Below, piece by piece: positions 61,541 to 64,000 of a stretch of DNA of 64,000 bases. The notes beneath the pieces were generated by a model. It worked only from the letters and a program-made list of their open reading frames with translations. It was not told the origin of the DNA and ran no database searches. Within the stretch, counting starts at the first letter, position 1; the number at the start of each line of letters is the position of its first letter. The position numbers and the translations under genes are program-made. Source of the stretch: Macrostomum lignano (lineage: Eukaryota); assembly GCA_002269645.1 (NCBI GenBank), contig NIVC01001752.1, positions 1 to 64,000 on the forward strand. The letters are read 5' to 3'.

Positions 61541-62437
61541 AGGTCATTCTGAACCAAGAGGAACCTACACCATCAAAAGCTCCATTAGGATCAGAGCAGG
61601 GAGTCCTGCATCAAAAGCAGGCCTCAGCTCAGCAGACATCTCAACGGACTCATTAAAACTTCAGCCTCTCCTTGGCTTGCCCCGCACCATCAAGCAGAAT
61701 TTCATTAGCCGCATGCTGCAAGCTGACTGACTAGCTTCATCATTATAATTCTTTCACAGGACGGCTGAGACTTGTTCCTGTGTCAGCTTTTTTTCTACTT
61801 CGAGCCTTTTTTATCCAGAAGATTTTTTATGCTTTCTCCGCCGCGCCATCTTGTCCTGTAATTCGTGCTCATTGATGCAGCCGTGCCTATTAATTTTCTG
61901 CGGACCAGGGATATCAATCCCCCCCCCCCAAATGTTCGGCCTTCTCATCCCCATTCATCTCAACTGCAAGTTGCCGAGGGACTGTCTGTCCTGTGCGCTC
62001 GACTCCCCTCTGATCACTGGCTGTCTTTTTGTGAGTCAGCCAGAGAGGTAATTGCCGGCTGTTGAGATTGAGAAATCTTCTTGAGAATTGATGACCGAGA
62101 TTTCGGGACTCGCAACTTCAGCGCGGAGCTTATCTTGCACCTCAATCTCCGCTTGTTCTCAGTTCCTTCATTTCCTTCACTCTGCAGCCTCAGGTTTTTG
62201 TATCCTGTTGCTTTTCCCTGATCCCTTATCTCTAATCTCTAATCTCTAGTCGCTATTATCCTATCTCTAATTTCTAGTCTCTATAAACTCTTATCTCTAA
62301 TCGATCTAGTCTCTAATCTCTTATCTCTAATTTACAATTTCTCATATCTAATCTCCCTTCTTTAATCTCTCTTGTCTAATCTTTAATCTCTAGTATCTAA
62401 TCTCTCATCTCTGATCTCTGACGATTAGAAAGTCAGA

Positions 62438-62545
62438 GGCCCGCTGTACACTCTGTGTGAGCGGATTGGGCCGTCAACGATAGGGTTGTGGGACCGATGT
62501 CCCCGAAGGCATTGCTTCAGGGTGGCACACACTTCTCAACTCTTT
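62438..62545 (+). mobile_element. Fragment related to the 3' half of the 17.9-kb SINE
   Basis: CGCTGTACACTC[C]TGTGTGAG (18141 vs 62442) and CAGGGTG[G]CACAC (18270 vs 62518) are shared in the same order. Confidence 0.45.
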
Positions 62546-62599
62546 GCACTTTTAATTATCTTTATGAATATATTCTTTTCAAGTAAGTATTTTAGACAA

Positions 62600-62844
62600 A
62601 TTAAGATATGCAACCGACAGCTCAGCCGCATCTGAAGGCTGCGTACGGCTGTTCAGTCCAAGGACTGGGGGGGGGTGGGGTCGCCACACAGCCTCAATTA
62701 CCCCAGCTAATGCTGGCACCATTTTACAGCTGGGTGAGCTGAAGCAATGCAGAGTTGAGTGTCTCTTGCTCAAGGACACAAATTGTTCCCGAGTGGGTCA
62801 AGAATCGAACCCCCGACCTTCAAACTACTACTAGGCTACGACCC
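62600..62844 (-). mobile_element. tRNA-headed SINE with a conserved-core-like segment (minus strand); 3' boundary uncertain
   Basis: The minus strand reads A-box-like TAGCCTAGTAG, B box GGTTCGATTC, then TGTGTCCTTGAGCAAGA..CAC and CACCCAGCTGTAAAATGG, resembling the central cores of Deu/Nin/V-type SINEs. Confidence 0.7.
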
Positions 62845-63414
62845 TTCGAATTGAAGTTTATTATTATTTCATCAGAAAAAAACACAGAAGCATCTTGGTC
62901 GAATACTCAAAGCAGAGTAGTTGCAATCAAATTTTGCAACTAAGCAGTTACTCAGATTTTTTAAAAAGAATCTTTTAGCGCTCCCTAAGCACAGCGGTCA
63001 TCGTGTAGAAGTCAGTCAGTCAGTCACTCACAACGACGTCCCAAACTGAACCCTTGAGCTCCCCGAAACGTAAATTCCTCTTCAAGGGAAATCTTGTGAC
63101 GGAAGTAAATTCTATATTTTGTTCTGTTCCCCAATTTTTTGACTGACAGGGAAGAGTGTTGTGACAGTTTTATCGGCAGAACGCTGCCAGGTCCCTCAGG
63201 ACAGATTCTCGAGATGATTTCGGCGAAAGAGAGGCTGACATTAGAGGCAGACAGAAATGATTGAGTGAACAAGAATTTCCTAAAGATTTTCTCCGTTTTT
63301 TTCTCTGTCAAGTGCGGACTGAGTTGATTTGCCTGCAAACTGATTTGAGCAACTGCTCAGCGAGTGCGCTTACACCATGAAAATTAAGGCCGTAAATCTT
63401 AGCTTTACTCATGT

Positions 63415-63560
63415 AGGATTCTGCTCATAAACCTATGGATTCTGCTCATTAACCTATGGATTCCGCTAATAAAAATATGGATTCTGCTCATAAACCTATG
63501 GATTCTGCTCATAAACCTATGGATTCTGATCAAAAACCTATAGATTCTGCTCATAAAACA
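63415..63560 (+). repeat. 21 bp minisatellite (GGATTCTGCTCATAAACCTAT)
   Basis: About 6-7 tandem units. Confidence 0.85.
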
Positions 63561-63624
63561 TTACACTTGTAAATTCATGGATTTTGTTTAAAATATCAAA
63601 GTTTGATTTTTAACAAATTGTGCT

Positions 63625-64000
63625 CATGGCACAATCATAGATACTGCTCATAGCATAGTCATAGACACTGCTTATAGCGCAGTCATAGATACTGCTAATA
63701 GCATAGTCATAGACACTGCTCATAGCACAGTCATAGACACTGCTCATAGCACAGTCATAGATACTGCTCATAGCACAGTCATAGATACTGCTCATAGCAC
63801 AGTCATAGATACTGCTCATAGCACAGTCATAGATACTGCTCATAGCATAGTCATAGACACTGCTCATAGCACAGTCATAGACACCGCTCATAGCACAGTC
63901 CTAGACACTGCTCATAGCATAGTCATAGACACTGCTTATAGCGCAGTCATAGATACTGCTCATAGCATAGTCATAGACACTGCTCATAGCGCAGTCATAG
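63625..64000 (+). repeat. 24 bp minisatellite, block 2 (runs off the window end)
   Basis: Same unit as 60940-61540. Confidence 0.95.

Noticed and set aside
61541-62220. Degraded coding or LINE remnant on the minus strand
   Set aside because: Short open stretches with many stops and no RT or endonuclease motif that I could identify.

Overview
Eukaryotic (animal, probably invertebrate) genomic DNA; well over half of it is tandem repeat. TTAGGG repeats, a protocadherin and minisatellite-filled introns would fit a flatworm such as Macrostomum, but that is inference only. Two host genes are supported, both on the + strand. The first is the 3' part of a RIO2 kinase gene (exons 8173-8628, 9259-9497, 12456-12896; phases 1/1/0 join correctly), each of whose introns is filled by a different minisatellite. 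The second is a protocadherin whose signal peptide, 7 cadherin repeats, transmembrane helix and polyQ tail lie in one 2.8-kb exon (CDS 53416-56163; later exons unresolved). The most notable element is an apparently intact 3357-bp autonomous DNA transposon (32764-36120). It has CAC...GTG ends, ~370-bp TIRs, a 4-bp CGCC target duplication, and an intronless 683-aa transposase with a Chapaev-type N-terminal zinc finger and RAG1/Transib-like core motifs; no RAG2-like partner is present. Also present: a 332-bp solo LTR with a 5-bp TSD inside a minisatellite, tRNA-derived SINEs, an interstitial telomeric tract, long polypurine/polypyrimidine tracts and about 20 minisatellite arrays, many built on palindromic cores (notably GGCGCC and GGTCAnnTGACC). 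No CRISPR array, rRNA or intact tRNA gene was found. All calls are by eye with no database searches, and array boundaries are approximate.
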